In this document: piece after piece, positions 25,608 through 38,229 of the stretch
Layout of the letters: every line of letters starts with the position of its first letter
How positions within the stretch are numbered: position 1 is the stretch's first letter
Source: Octopus sinensis
Lineage: Eukaryota
Direction of reading: 5' to 3'
Assembly: GCF_006345805.1 (NCBI RefSeq)
Contig: NC_043002.1
Coordinates: forward strand, 108,066,001 to 108,130,000
Length of the DNA: 64,000 nt
Made by a program: the position numbers and the translations under genes
The notes under the pieces: generated by a model
Database searches by the model: none
The model's input: the letters and a program-made list of their open reading frames with translations, nothing else
What the model was told of the DNA's origin: nothing

Positions 25608-25904
25608 TTAGTTAAATAATATTAAAAGAAAAGTGAATACAAGAGTGTTTGTGTTAGCTTTCTTACCGCAATGTCTTTGTTTTACTCCTTCAGTCACCTC
25701 GCAAAACAATTACAACCCTAGAAAATTGAGTAAAGGAGTCCTTGACACGCTATACGAGACAAAAGATGAGACGGTCAATGCTGGAACGTCTTTGATCATG
25801 AGTGTGCTTGATCGGGAGAATGACCAAAAAGTTTAAAAGATAGAAGCAGTTATGAAAAGAAAATAATAATAATATGTTTATTTGATAAACTTGGTCCTTG
25901 TGCT

Positions 25905-25976
25905 TCCCAAGTAGTCTAGTGGTTAGGATTCCGCGCTCTCACCGCGGCGGCCGGGGTTCGATTCCCCGCTTGGGAA
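25905..25976 (+). tRNA. tRNA-Glu (anticodon CTC)
   Basis: 72-nt cloverleaf: acceptor TCCCAAG/CTTGGGA+A, anticodon arm CCGCG-CTCTCAC-CGCGG, T arm CGGGG-TTCGATT-CCCCG. A and B boxes intact; T-run downstream. Confidence 0.95.
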
Positions 25977-26136
25977 ATATGCATCTTCTTTTAATATTTA
26001 ATCGTTTGCTTCACTTTCTAAAAAGAATAAGAGTAACTAATACGAGATGTAATATTTATCACTCGATACAAAAATTAGTATTCTAGTGTTTTGTTCCAAT
26101 CTTTTGGCGATTCAAAAAGAAAAACAAAAAGTAGCT

Positions 26137-26208
26137 TTCCCAAGCGGGGAATCGAACCCCGGCCGCCGCGGTGAGAGCGCGGAATCCTAACCACTAGACC
26201 ACTTGGGA
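26137..26208 (-). tRNA. tRNA-Glu (anticodon CTC), second copy
   Basis: Reverse complement is identical to the 25905 copy except position 9 (G vs A). Followed on the minus strand by several T5 Pol III terminator runs. Confidence 0.95.
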
Positions 26209-26921
26209 ACTACGTAATATATACTCAAAATAAAAGTGATATTTTTGTTTCATTAAAGTGTTATGGCGACTGAGACATGCTTAAATTAATTCTTCTGTAT
26301 TAATTATATTACCTTCTTGTAGAAGAAGAAAGTACGATTTGAATCTTAATCTGAGACAGCCTGTTTGTACAGCATTAACTGCATAAATGTAATGGAACTA
26401 CGTCTCATGGTAATGTAATATAATTATCGTGATAACAGGATAGCGTTAATAATTACGATGACAACAGAAATGTGAACACTGACTTCTAAATTATTCTTAT
26501 TGTATTGAAGAGGGTTCGTTATCAAAATAATTATGGTATATAATAACAAAATACTCAAATACTGTATACACATTGTGTCACAATCGCCTATGATCCACTT
26601 CGTATGAAATGAGTTGGGTTTGTATTTATTCTTTTATTCTATAACCGATTTTACTCATTTGCTTGCGGCCACGCTGGGGCACCGCATTATACATCACCGG
26701 GATCCCTTGAAAGTGAAATATTCTTACATTAAGTACCCGAATGGGCTTTCTTCATTTACTGTTAATCACCAACTCTCTTCTATATTAATCTGTGATGCCC
26801 ATTCGCTCTTAATTTCCTCCTATAATTTTGTATATTTGTGCTAATGTATGAAATATTTTTGATCCAAAAATTCATTCAACTTTTTATCTTGCTAGTTTTA
26901 TCCGCAGCAGCACTTGTTTTT

Positions 26922-27166
26922 CGGTACTACTTGAGAAGAGTGGCCCCGGTGCGCGCACTCGCTAACTCGCGCATCCGGGCTAGTTAGTCATGACAAGTCG
27001 ATCCTTACTTTGTGTTATTTACTTTTTTAAAAAAATTATTTACTTTGTGTAAAAAAATTATGTATTTTGTGTTTTATTTACTTAGCTAGGTAGTTGTTCT
27101 AGGATCGACTAGTCACGACTAGCTAGCGCGAGTGCGCGCACCGGGACCACTCTTCTCGAGTAGCAT
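26922..27166. mobile_element. GC-rich MITE, probably Mutator-like
   Basis: Long TIRs (ctacttgagaagagtggccccggtgcgcgcactcgc / gcgagtgcgcgcaccgggaccactcttctcgagtag); 9-bp direct repeat CTTGTTTTT at 26913-21 and 27167-75. Confidence 0.65.
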
Positions 27167-28194
27167 CTTGTTTTTTTATTATTCAATCCTGCCGAACTGC
27201 TAAGTCAGAAACCGTACCGACGGAATCTATCTTAAAAACTTACAAATATGCCTCTGAAAAATAAAAATAAGCAATGACATTGTTTAATTAGCTTAATTAA
27301 ACGTATATAATATTTAGTTACAGCAAATGTGTAACTAAGTAAACAAGCTAATTAAACATTGTTTATAAGAAGACGGTTCTATGTCAAATAAGTCCCTTTT
27401 AACATCAAAGTCCCCGGTATTTCTATTCACACCGTTATGAAAGACATTACGTTATAAAACCAACGTGAGAGGTCATTCGAATTAGGAAAAATAGCAACCA
27501 AATATCTACCAAATTACACACTACTGACACGAAAAGGAGAAGGATACATTATATAACGAATCCCAACCCTATATACACAGTGACCGGGGTGGTTCTGTAA
27601 GTGTCGACCCAAGGTGAAACAAGAAGACTGATTTTCCCTCTTGTCATTAGCCAACATTTATCTGTTCATTCTTCACGTGAGTAGCAAACGTGTCTCAAAC
27701 CTTTAAACGCTTATTATTATTACTATCATTACGTGTATGTTTTTCTGTGTGTGTGTATATCTATCTATCTATTAGAAGTGGGACTGGATGGCCGAGTTCG
27801 AAACTGGTTTTCCTTCACCGCAGCCCTGAGTTCATGTCCTCGTAAGCGTGAGTGAATAGTTAAGAGATTTGCTTTCCAGCTGTGAGGTCCTGGATTCGAT
27901 CTCACTATGTGGTGTGTTGAACGAGTGTCGTTACCGTCAGATGGATTGTACTTGTTGTTCAGAGATGTACTCTTGTTCCACTGTGTAACGTTGATTCAGA
28001 GAATTACTAGAAGTATATGTGTCTGGGGAATATTCAACCACATCATACGTCAATGCATTGTGTTGGTCATCTGTTTGATTGAATAACTGGACGAAGTCGA
28101 TGGGAAAGCCCATCTCTCTCTGTATCTCCTCTCCCCCTCTCTGTATCTCTCTCTCTCTCTCACACACATACACACACACACACACACACATACA

Positions 28195-28540
28195 TCATTA
28201 TCGTTTAACGTCCGTTTTCTATGCTGGTATGGGTTGTACGGTTGACAGGAGCTGGCCTGTCGGGGAGCTTTCCAGATTTTAATCATCTGTTTTGGCATAG
28301 TTTCTACGACTAGAGTGTGCTGGTTACCTTTTACGTGCCACCAGCACGGGTGCGTTTACACAGATCCAGCACGAGTGCCCATTACGTGACACCGGCACCC
28401 GTAAAGGACAAGCTTGTGTGTATGGGTGGCAGCGATTTTACTTCACCCGACACGTCTTCTCAAGTACAACATATTGCAACAACCCCCGGTCCCGTGTCGT
28501 TTCCTCGGTGAGGCCCAGCATCTGAAGATCCTTTCATACA
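28195..28540 (-). mobile_element. RTE LINE 3'-end fragment including the ORF end
   Basis: 28450-28535 aligns to 40426-40505. Confidence 0.7.
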
Positions 28541-28754
28541 TTCATAGATGCGTACGTACGTGGGTGAGAAGATGCTAGGGCAAACATAGAACAGATAAGC
28601 ACCAATCGAACTCTTAAACTCCCAACTTCTTAATCAGAGTAAAGTAGTCCAACAATACAAGAGTTTGCTATTAGAAATAGTAAAGAGGAAACATTGACAA
28701 ATAATTATAGGTGGAAAGAATTCATTTGTGTGTGTGCGTGCGCGCATGTATGTA

Positions 28755-28945
28755 TGTCTCTCTCTCTCTCTCCCTTTCTGTGTCTGTCTGTCTGTCTGTC
28801 TATCTATCTACCTATCTATCTACCTACCTACGTACCTATCTATCTATCTACCTATCTATCTTCCCATCCATCTACCTAAATATCTACCTATCTATCTCTC
28901 TCTCTCTATCCATCTATCTATCTATCTATCTATCAATCAATCAAT
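28755..28945. repeat. Compound (CT)n/(TCTG)n/(TCTA)n microsatellite
   Basis: Directly visible tetranucleotide repeats. Confidence 0.95.
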
Positions 28946-29524
28946 CATATAGATTGTGGTTTCGATTCCTTAATCAGGCGATGCATTGTGTTCTTCAACA
29001 AAGTAATTTATTTCCCAACGCTCCAGTTCCCTTGACTGGCAAAGATGTGTAATCCTCCGATGGACTGGTATCCCTTCCAGGAAATAAATGTATACAGCAC
29101 AGAATCCAGTAAACCAGCTTCAGGAGCCTACAGCTTGGGAAAGACTTTTGATCCTTTTTGAAAAAGAAAGGCAGCCGTCAGGCAGAATCATGAGCTCACT
29201 GCATAAAATGTATTGTAGCATTTTTTGTAGCTTTGCATTTGAGTTCTAATTCCTCTCAGTTCGACTTTGCCATTCATTTTTGGGGATTGATAAAATAAGT
29301 TTCAGTGAAGCACTGGGGTCAATGTAATCAATGAGACCCCCTCCCCACAAATTTCAGGCCTTGTACCTAAAGTAGAAAGAATCATTGTTGTTATTATTAT
29401 TATTGGTGGGATGGTAGAATTTTTATCATACCAAAGGAAGTGCTTAGCAGCATTTCTTCTAGTTCTTTAGTTTCTGAGTTCAAATCCCACCAAAGCTGAC
29501 TTTGCCTTTCATCTCTTAAGGGTT

Positions 29525-29910
29525 CATCATCATCTTCATCATCATCATCATTTAATGTCCATTGTCCATGCTGGCATGAGTTGGACAGTTTGACCAGAGC
29601 TGGCAAGCTGGAAGGCTGCACCAGACTCCAGTCTGATTTGGCAGTGTTTCTACAGCTGGATGCCCTTTCTAATGCCAACCACTCGAAGAGTGTAACGGAT
29701 GCTTTTACAAGCCACCGGCACAGGTGCCATTTGCGTGACACCGTTATCTGCCACGACTGCGATTTAGCTTGGCTTGATGGGTCTTCTTCTCAAACATGAC
29801 ATAATGCCAAACGTTTTGGTCATTCGTCATTGTCTCCGTGAGGTCCAACACTTGAAAGGTACTTTTCACGTGCCACCCACATTGGCCACCTTGCCTCCGT
29901 GTGGCCCAAA
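29525..29910 (-). mobile_element. RTE LINE 3'-end fragment
   Basis: Same family. Confidence 0.75.
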
Positions 29911-29999
29911 ATATAGATTAAGTCCTGGAGTTAATATAACTAACTAGCACCCTCCTGCCAAATTGAAGCTTTATGCCTATAGTAGAAAGAATTATTATG

Positions 30000-30320
30000 T
30001 CTATGTCGCATCTTGGCATCTTCCCCTAGCCTAGAAATGCAACACTTTTCTCAACACATGAGCTGTTCCAAGTATTGCTGCTAATTGAGCACTTCCTAAG
30101 AAGTTTGGTATTTGCAGTTTTTGATGCCAGAATATTGCTTTCTTTGAGATGATCCCATGTGCATTGATCACAGTAGGCACCACACTCACTTTTGGGGCTT
30201 TATGGATACATGTCACTTCCAAAGCTAGGTCTTGGTACTTCCTGACTTTTTCATACTCTGTCTTCACGATATTCTAGTCTGCAGGTATAGCTATGTCAAT
30301 GAAGATCCATTCTTTGAACT
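30000..30320 (-). mobile_element. R4/Dong-like RLE LINE C-terminal fragment
   Basis: IFIDIAIPAD*NI..EK..KYQDL..E...VSVVP.VI.AHG...AILGTAHVLRKVL*. Confidence 0.8.
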
Positions 30321-30829
30321 CATTATTATTATTATTGTTGTTGTTGTTGATGTTTTGATTCTTGCTGTTCTATTTGCCGTTGTTCTTTACTTGAAAGCAG
30401 GCAATAACAAATCACCAAAGATTTCAAGTAGTGCCTTCTCCTGTGACTCAAAGAGACAATACTCTCTTTAGAATGCGAGCCGGCAGAATTGTTTGCATAC
30501 CAGGCAAAATGCTTAGCAGTATTTTATCTGCCTTTATGTTCTGAGTTCAAATTCTGTTAGGGTTGACTTTGCCCCTCATCCTTTCAGGTTTGATAGAATA
30601 AGCCCCAGTTAAGCACTGGGGCTGATGCAATTGACTATCCCCCTCCCCCAAAAATTTCAGGCCTTGTGCCTATAGTAGAAAGGACTATTATTATTATCAA
30701 TGTTATAATTCTACTTGTTATTATCATAATATCAAAACCATATTTCTTTTTGAAGAATGACAAAAACAAGAAACTCTATTTAGCATTTATTCTTTATTTC
30801 TTTGCAGATTGTTGCCTGTTATTTCTGAA

Positions 30830-31275
30830 ATGAAAGTTCATTGCCAAAAATATCTTTTGCTCTACCCACGCTGTTGTAAAAGACTTAAACAATTCTGTGA
30901 TCAACACATCACAAACTTTCGACAGATTCACAATGCATCTGCAGCAATAAATACTTCATCTTTCAAGTTCACCAAATATGGTTTCCCAAACCCACATTGG
31001 TTCCCTATCAAACAAAAACAATTGCAAGGCTCCCAACACAACCAGCTCCGCTGCTTATCTGACGTCCCCTGTAAATTCAATGATCTTGTTTCTTCTGCCA
31101 ACAAACAAAGAACACAGAAAAGCATGCAATTAGTCAAACCGGTGCGTAATTTGCCATTAAAGAAAGGTTTTAAAAGAGCAGCAATTTTAATACCAATGTG
31201 TATGATAGATGGGCAGCTTTCTTTACTGCTTACACTTCGGTCAATTCACTTGAAGAATCATCGCGGAGAAGTAAG
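30830..31275 (+). CDS. NUDT8: NUDT8-like Nudix hydrolase (CoA diphosphatase), coding exon 1
   Basis: Acceptor tttgcAG at 30806-30807, ATG at 30830. Encodes ...KRAAILIPMCMIDGQLSLLLTLRSIHLKNHRGEV(S), the CoA-Nudix LLTxRS..HxGEVxFPGG signature. Donor AG|GTGAGT at 31276 (phase 2). Confidence 0.9.
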
Positions 31276-31282
31276 GTGAGTG

Positions 31283-31640
31283 ATCATCATCATCATCATC
31301 ATCATCATTTAACATCCATTTTTCATGCTAGCATGGGTTGGACAGTTTGACCGGGGTCTGGGAAGCCAGGAGGCTGCACCAGGCTCCAGTCTGATCTGGC
31401 AGTGTTTCTACAGCTGGATGCCCTTCCTAACGCCAACTACTCCGTGAGTGTAGTGGGTGCTTTTTACATGCCACCAGCACAGGGGCCAGAGGGGTCTGGT
31501 AAATGGCCACGATCGGTTGGGGCATTTTATGTGTCACCAACATGGACAACAGTCAGGCAGCGCTGGCATCAGCCACGTTTGGATGGTGCTTTTTATGTGC
31601 CACTGGCACGGGTATCATAACTACAATTTCCATTTAAATT
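31283..31640 (-). mobile_element. RTE LINE 3'-end fragment with (GAT)n tail
   Basis: catcatcatttaacatcc...ccatgctagcatgggttgga...gtgcttttacgtgccacc subrepeats, as in the 3' UTR of the 40050 RTE. Confidence 0.8.
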
Positions 31641-31819
31641 TTGATATCAGGTAGGAGACTCCAAAAGGGAACTCAGAGAGTAGCATCCCTGATTTCCTGG
31701 TAGAGGCCTTGGTCTCATGACCACTCATGTCTAGAAACTGAGGCATGCTCCCAGTAGAAAATCCAGCTCCAAAAAAGCAAGGGAGAATGGGCACCAGCCA
31801 GCCCAAAGGTCCATCTGAC

Positions 31820-32176
31820 TGGCTCCCGTGCTGGTGGCACGTAAAAAGCAACAACCGAACGTGGTTGATGCCAGGGCTGTCTGAGTGGATCCCATGCCAG
31901 TGGCACGTAAAAAGCACCAACCGGTCATGGCTGATGCCAGTACCCTCTGACTGGCTCTTGTGCTGGTGGCATGTAAAAAGTACCATCTGAATGTGATCGA
32001 TGCCAGCACCCACTACACTCTTGGAGTGGCTAGCGTTAGGAGAGGCATCCAGCTGTAGAAATATTGCTAGATCAGATTGGAGCCTGGTGCAGGTACTGGC
32101 TCTCCAGATCGCAGTCAAACCGTCCAACCCATGCCAGCATGGAAAACGAACGATAAACGATGATGATGATGATGAT
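31820..32176 (+). mobile_element. RTE LINE 3'-end fragment
   Basis: Same family, opposite orientation to the 31283 copy. Confidence 0.8.
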
Positions 32177-32296
32177 ATCAATAATTATAATGTAACTTTT
32201 ATCGTATTTCTTGGTGCTTATACAAATGAAACATATTTCCAAAGCAAAAATATTTATTACTTAAAAATTAAACAAAACAAATTTCTCATTTGCATA

Positions 32297-32805
32297 CCGT
32301 AAATCCTCGAGTATAGTCCGCCCTTGAATATAATACGCTGGGGATTTTTAGGGGGCTGTACCTCTGAAAAACCTAAACCTTGTGTATAATACGCACCCCT
32401 TCTGTAACTTGAGTCAAGGAGGTCTATATAACGTCCTTGGTTTGTAAAAATGTATATGGTAATGTCCTTTATTATTATTGTATATATAACATAATGCAAA
32501 TGTGTAGCATTTTTGTGCATTTTGTTTGCAGAAAATAAAGAAATAACAGTAATAACGTTTAATAAATGTTGCTTACTGCAAGTTATGGATGATTCTTTTA
32601 TGACTTCATTGCTTTCAGGCTTAGCTTAAGGTATTTTCGCGCCCGACATCACAAAATGCGTCTGAATAAACATTGCCAGACAGTAAATAGACTCGGACAT
32701 TGCTTAGAAAATAATTTTCATTTTTAACCTCGTGTATAATACGCACTATGGATTTTGACCTTTAAATTTTGGGGGAAAATGTGGATTATACTCGAGGATT
32801 TACGG
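32297..32805. mobile_element. Tc1/mariner-superfamily (pogo/Tigger-like) MITE
   Basis: TIR CCGTAAATCCTCGAGTATA / TATACTCGAGGATTTACGG, flanked by TA. Confidence 0.85.
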
Positions 32806-33810
32806 TACTTCCTCCTTTAACTATTCTATCAGTTACTCCTCCCCTTCTTGTTTCTCTTTCATTCCTTCTTTCTTACTGTGTCCAGTTATGGTTTGTGTTT
32901 GTATATATTGAGCATTCTTTTATTCACTGCATGTTCCCAAGCCTGCCCCTCCATGATGACTCTCTCTCTCTTTCTGTATCTCCCTTTTACTCTCTCTATC
33001 TCTATGTGTGTGTGTGTGTGTGTGTGAAATCAACCGACCAATCTTTGTATCAGCCTTTATTATTCCTGAGAGATTATCTCCCTTTGTTCGGAATGAACAT
33101 ACGGAGACTTTCAGTTGTGCAGCCTGAAAACAAGTTTGATTTGAGATGTAACCTTTAAAACCCTATATCTATATCATTGATAAGAAAATATTGACACTGT
33201 TTTAAGAGAATACTACTATTATCTGGAGTTTTATCAGGGGATCACAGTCCCTTGACAATCAAACAATGTAGTTACTGATAAATCAGTCTTTATACATTAG
33301 ACTGGATAATGGCTGTTGTTGTTATTATACAGATAAGACCCTAAGCCAAGTCTTTTGTGAGGATCATGATGAAAAATTGCCAGTTCTAGAAGGTCAGGCA
33401 GTTTTTCTTTGCCCAGTGGCTATGCTAAAAGAGATTGTATGATAGAAGACATTTAAAGGACACAATACACAAATTTCTCTTCAGCCAAGAGTCATCAATT
33501 CCTTAAAATTTCCCTTAGACGGAGAGATTGGATGGAGAGGGAGGTGCTGTTCTCCAGTAAATTTGCTGAAAATAAATAAGACAAGAATAGCCTAGAAGAA
33601 TGGGCTAACCCTTGGCATACACTTATAGACTGGAGATTACAGCTGGGAGAAAGCACTCGCCCTTGATTAGTCCTGGGTCTGTGGGGTTCCTTTGATTGGC
33701 TCTGATGGTGACACATCTCCAGCAATTCCTTGACAATGATCAGGTGTAGTTGCTGTTTGTGAGACAGGTATTTCCACAGCTCTTTGACGAGCTGCAGTCT
33801 TGGGTTAATG

Positions 33811-34412
33811 CAGGGGTTCTCAACCATTTTTTATCCATGGACCCCTTTGATTAACATTTTATTCTGGTGGACCCCCATAGCCATTCAATGTTTAAAAACT
33901 AGTTTCATAGAAATTTCTTTCAAAATTCCATTTTTTTTTTTCCTCACATTAACTTGTGTAGGTTGAACTATGGAAAACGCTAGAGAAAGAATCTGACCTC
34001 TTTCTTGCAATACATACCAACACAGACATCTGAACCAAAACTTTTTCAGGGGTTCTTAAAGTATTATTGTGGATCCATGATATACTATTTTGTTGCGTAA
34101 CCCTGCAAAAATCTTATCTGGATGCTCAGGGGCCATATGGACCCCAGTTGAGAACCTATTTCTTTACTACCCACAAGGAGCTAAACACAGAGAGGACGAA
34201 CAAGGACAGACAGACGGATTAAGTCGATCATATCGACCCCAGTGCGTAACTGTACTTATTTAATCGACCCCGAAAGGACGAAAGGTAATGTCGACCTCGG
34301 CGGAATTTGAACTCAGAACGTGACGGCAGACGAAATACCGCTAAGCATTTCGCCCGGCGCGCTAACGTTTCTGCCAGCTCGCTGCCTTCTATACCCCAGT
34401 TGAGAACCACTG
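33811..34412. mobile_element. hAT MITE with nested SINE
   Basis: TIR CAGGGGTTCTCAAC / GTTGAGAACCACTG; 8-bp TSD GGTTAATG (33803-10, 34413-20). Confidence 0.88.
34157..34392 (-). mobile_element. SINE family C inserted in the hAT MITE TIR
   Basis: 16-bp TSD ACCCCAGTTGAGAACC. Confidence 0.9.
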
Positions 34413-35336
34413 GGTTAATGAAAAGACCAAGACAGGGTCCTTGATATCTGGAACGTTATCAAGCACTCCTGGCCCTCTACCTGTTGGGCAGTGTGGTTGG
34501 TGGAAATTCTTGTATGACATTCTATAGAGGGTTTATGGCAGGCAAGGGCGATGTTTTGAGGGAGAACTCTGAGTATCAATGGAAATCAGTTAGCTGGGCT
34601 GTTTGAGAGGATTTTCAGGCTGACGACCAGGGATCATTTCCAAAAATCCTTAGCCTGGCAGTGCCATAGGTGGGAGGTATTACCTGTTGAAGATGAACTA
34701 TACAGGTATGGCAGTGCCATCAGCAGAACGTGCCTGAGAGGAATGTCGAGTGATGAAACTGTTCTGTACACTTGTCCAGTGCCTGAGTGTTGCTGACTTG
34801 TGGAGTTATGTTGAACCCCTACTGTCATATATAGGATGATGGATAGGGCTATCAGCTGAGTCCATTGTGGAGATTATCCTGCCACCTTTTTTGGATTGGG
34901 AAGGTCAGTGGCCTTAGCGAAAGAGGTTGTGTAGTGGACCAGATAGAAAGGGCTGTAGACATATACATTCCTCTTTGGCCATGCTCTCACTAACTTTTTT
35001 CAAGTTTCACTTGAAAAAGAAAGTAAGGGTCGAGAGGAAAGTGCTGCTTTTAGGAATTTTGTTGAAAGGTGAACAAACATCATGAACATAGAGTGAATGA
35101 GCCTACTCTGAGCATATGAGGGAAGAAAACAGGGAGAAGATACATGCCTTAGTGGTCAGGGTGGTTTTGATTTTGTGGGGTTTCCATTGGCCTTCAGAAG
35201 TTTCCCTGTTTGGGGGAATTTATTGGTACGGTTCTTCTCTTTGTACACACTCCCTCATATAATTCTATGCTACATTGTCCACAGTGTTTCTGTGAAGTCT
35301 TTGTGGCTAATAAGAAAAGCATTGTTATTGTTGTTG

Positions 35337-35368
<32 letters not shown>

Positions 35369-35601
35369 GTTGTTGTTGTTGTTGTTGCTGTTATTATTAA
35401 GGCAGTGAGCTGTCAGAATCTGGGTAAAATGCTTAGCAGCATTTTGTCTGTTTTTTACATTCTGAGTTCAAATTCTGCTGAGGTTAACTTTGCCTTTCAT
35501 CCTTTCGGAGTTGATAAAATAAGTACCAGTTGCATACTGGGGTAATTGACTTAATCCCGCCCCCAAAATTGCTGACCTTGTCCCAGAATTTGAAACCATC
35601 A

Positions 35602-35646
<45 letters not shown>

Positions 35647-35921
35647 CATTACCCTGCATGCATAAGCAAAAGCAAGGTACTGTAATCATTCATCTTCGTC
35701 TGTGTGTTTGCAAAATACCTGGAAAATGGCTGAACGGATTTTCACCAAATTTGTCAGAAATACTCATTGGGTGAGAGTTTCAAAATGATGAAAAATTTGG
35801 TTTGATTATCTTCAAACATGCAATAAATACATACATAGATATGCATGTATGTATGTGTGTGTACAGCGATGAATTCGAGGATTTCATTTATTTATAAGTT
35901 GATTTCTTAAGTATCACCATT

Positions 35922-36545
35922 ATACTCTGTCTTTTACTTGTTTCAGTCATTTGACTGTGGTCATGCTGGAGCACCGCCTTTAGTCGAGCACATCGACCCC
36001 AGGACTTATTCTTTGTAAGCCTAGTACTTATTCTATCGGTTTATTTTTGCCGAACTGCTAAGTTACGGGGACATAAACACACCAGCATCTGTTGTCAAGT
36101 GATGTTGGGGGGACAAACACAGACACACAAACATATACACACACATACATACATACATATATATACGTATATATATATAAAAGCAATTAAGATTCAAGTC
36201 AATTCCAATGAATTTACTTGAATGTGGTACTTAACTTAGATGCACCAGAAAAAACTATATGGTGTTAACCATTCTGTAATGTGGGGTGATTATAAACGAG
36301 AAAGAAGCAACAAGAATGGATTAGTTTTTAGTACAATTGTTTCATACAAAGACAGGCTTTATTATATATATATATACATATATACGACAGGCTTCTATCA
36401 GTTTCCCCTCTACCAAATCCACTCACAAGGCTTTGGTCGGCCCGAGGCTATAGAAGAAAACACTTGCCCAAGGTGCCACGCAGTGGGACTGAACTCAGAA
36501 CCATGTGGTTAATAAGCAAGCTACTTACCTTGTAGCCACTCCTAC
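35922..36545 (-). mobile_element. SINE family B with ~190-bp insert (36175-36360)
   Basis: The insert sits in the internal (TA)n tract. Confidence 0.85.
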
Positions 36546-36721
36546 TCCACTTCTACACTCCTACTCTGGTGAAATTTTTTAAAAATTAATTCAGTTCAAT
36601 TAAAAAGTATGGGTAAGCAACTCATTGTAAGCTACACTATAATTTGTGTATGCAGGGTATGCATCACCCTTCCAATGCCTTTCGTTTTTCTTCTTTTTTT
36701 TTTTTCCTTATTAATTTCTAG

Positions 36722-36854
36722 TTTTCCTGGAGGAATGATGGACAGAAGTGATGCTGATTTAACAGTCACAGCTCTTAGAGAAACACATGAAGAAATTGGC
36801 CTTGATCCAAAACTGATTGATGTCTGGGGTACCATGCATCCTCTTTCAAACTCG
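36722..36854 (+). CDS. NUDT8: NUDT8-like coding exon 2 (Nudix box)
   Basis: Polypyrimidine tract and tAG at 36720-21. Phase 2 completes AGT(S), then FPGGMMDRSDADLTVTALRETHEEIGLDPKLIDVWGTMHPLSNS (Nudix box GG...ALRETxEEIGL). Donor GTAAAT at 36855. Confidence 0.93.
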
Positions 36855-37074
36855 GTAAATAATTTTCCTATTTATTATTTTTTTTTTCTTGAGTAATTTA
36901 AATATAGCTTATAATTATTGATTTAGTTGAGTATGTGTATAAATTATTCTGAAATTAGACTTGCTTCCTTATCGGTTTTTTTCATGTGTATCTTTCAACT
37001 TCTGAAAATTTTCCATTATGTTTTCTGTCTTACTTCTTGCCACGTAACAACAACAACAACAATGATAATAATTA

Positions 37075-37288
37075 TTATTTCTACAATAGGCACAAGGCCT
37101 GAAATTTTGTGGTCGGGGACTAGTCAATTACATTGACTCCAGTGTTTCACTGGTACTTAATTTATTGACCCTGGAAGGATGAAAGCAAAGTCGACCTCAG
37201 TGGAATTTGAACTCAGAACGTGCAGGCAGACAAAATGTCACTAAGCATTTGGCCCAGCATGCTAACGATTCTGCCAGCTTGCCACCTT
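37075..37288 (-). mobile_element. SINE family C variant
   Basis: Same head and central domain, alternative tail (ggcacaaggcctgaaatttt). Confidence 0.8.
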
Positions 37289-37826
37289 AACAATAATAAT
37301 GATGATGATAATAATAATAATAATAATAAATGCTCTGATGCAATACCAAGCAATGGCTCCCATGGCTTCTGATCTTAATTGATTGGAAGTGTCATCATGG
37401 ACATGTTTTGTCTCTATGACAAAATCTATGAATCTACAAAACAGTATTTATACAGTCGTCCTCTAGAAATAGCAGCTAATTCCCCCCTTAAAAATACCAT
37501 GCAATTTTGTAAAATGAAAGAGACATTGGACATTATAATCCTAGATACTTTGTGACTGTTGGGATGAGATGATCAAAGGTTGCATAAGTCTCCTCTGTCA
37601 GCTGTGACCTGGGGTTTAACATCAACAACAACAGTGGTGAATGTTGTCTAAAGGAATCTCTTTTAATTTGTTTACCTCAACAGCATCATTCCCTTTTTAA
37701 TCCCCCTTTTTGGGGATGGGGAACAAGTTTAGGTGCTACTTTGGCATGTGATCTACAATTTAAAGGGAGATTACTTTAGATTACTTTTTAGTTGACTTTT
37801 TAATTTCTGAAAACCTTAGGATGTTA

Positions 37827-38229
37827 TTCTTTTATTTGTTTGTTTTTTGACTGCTGCCATGCTGGAGCACCACCATTTTTAGTCGAACAAATTGACCCTG
37901 GGACTTATTCTTTGTAAGCCTAGTACTTATTCTATCGTAACCACTAAGTTACAGGGACGTAAACACACCAACGTCAGTTGTCTAGCGATGATGGGGGACA
38001 AACACAGGCAAACAAACATATATATATATATATGTATGAATATATATATATATATATATATATACGATGGGCTTCTTTCAGTTTCCGTCTACCAAATCCA
38101 CTCACAAGGCTTTGGTCAGCCTGAGGCTATAGTAGAAGACACTTGCCCAAGGTGCCATGCAGCAGGACTGAACCCAGAACCATGTGGTTGGTAGGCAAGC
38201 TACTTACCACGCAGCCACTCCTGTGCCTA
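37827..38229 (-). mobile_element. SINE family B
   Basis: Near full-length copy. Confidence 0.85.

Larger units (their letters stand above)
33400..35160 (-). mobile_element. Highly degraded LINE remnant (possibly I/Ingi-like), with a nested hAT MITE
   Basis: GC-richer, coding-like sequence with many stops; only weak motif traces, so the clade is uncertain. Confidence 0.35.

Noticed and set aside
27775-27847. Candidate NUDT8 5' UTR exon ending |GTAAGC
   Set aside because: Adjacent to a degenerate SINE head; no independent support.
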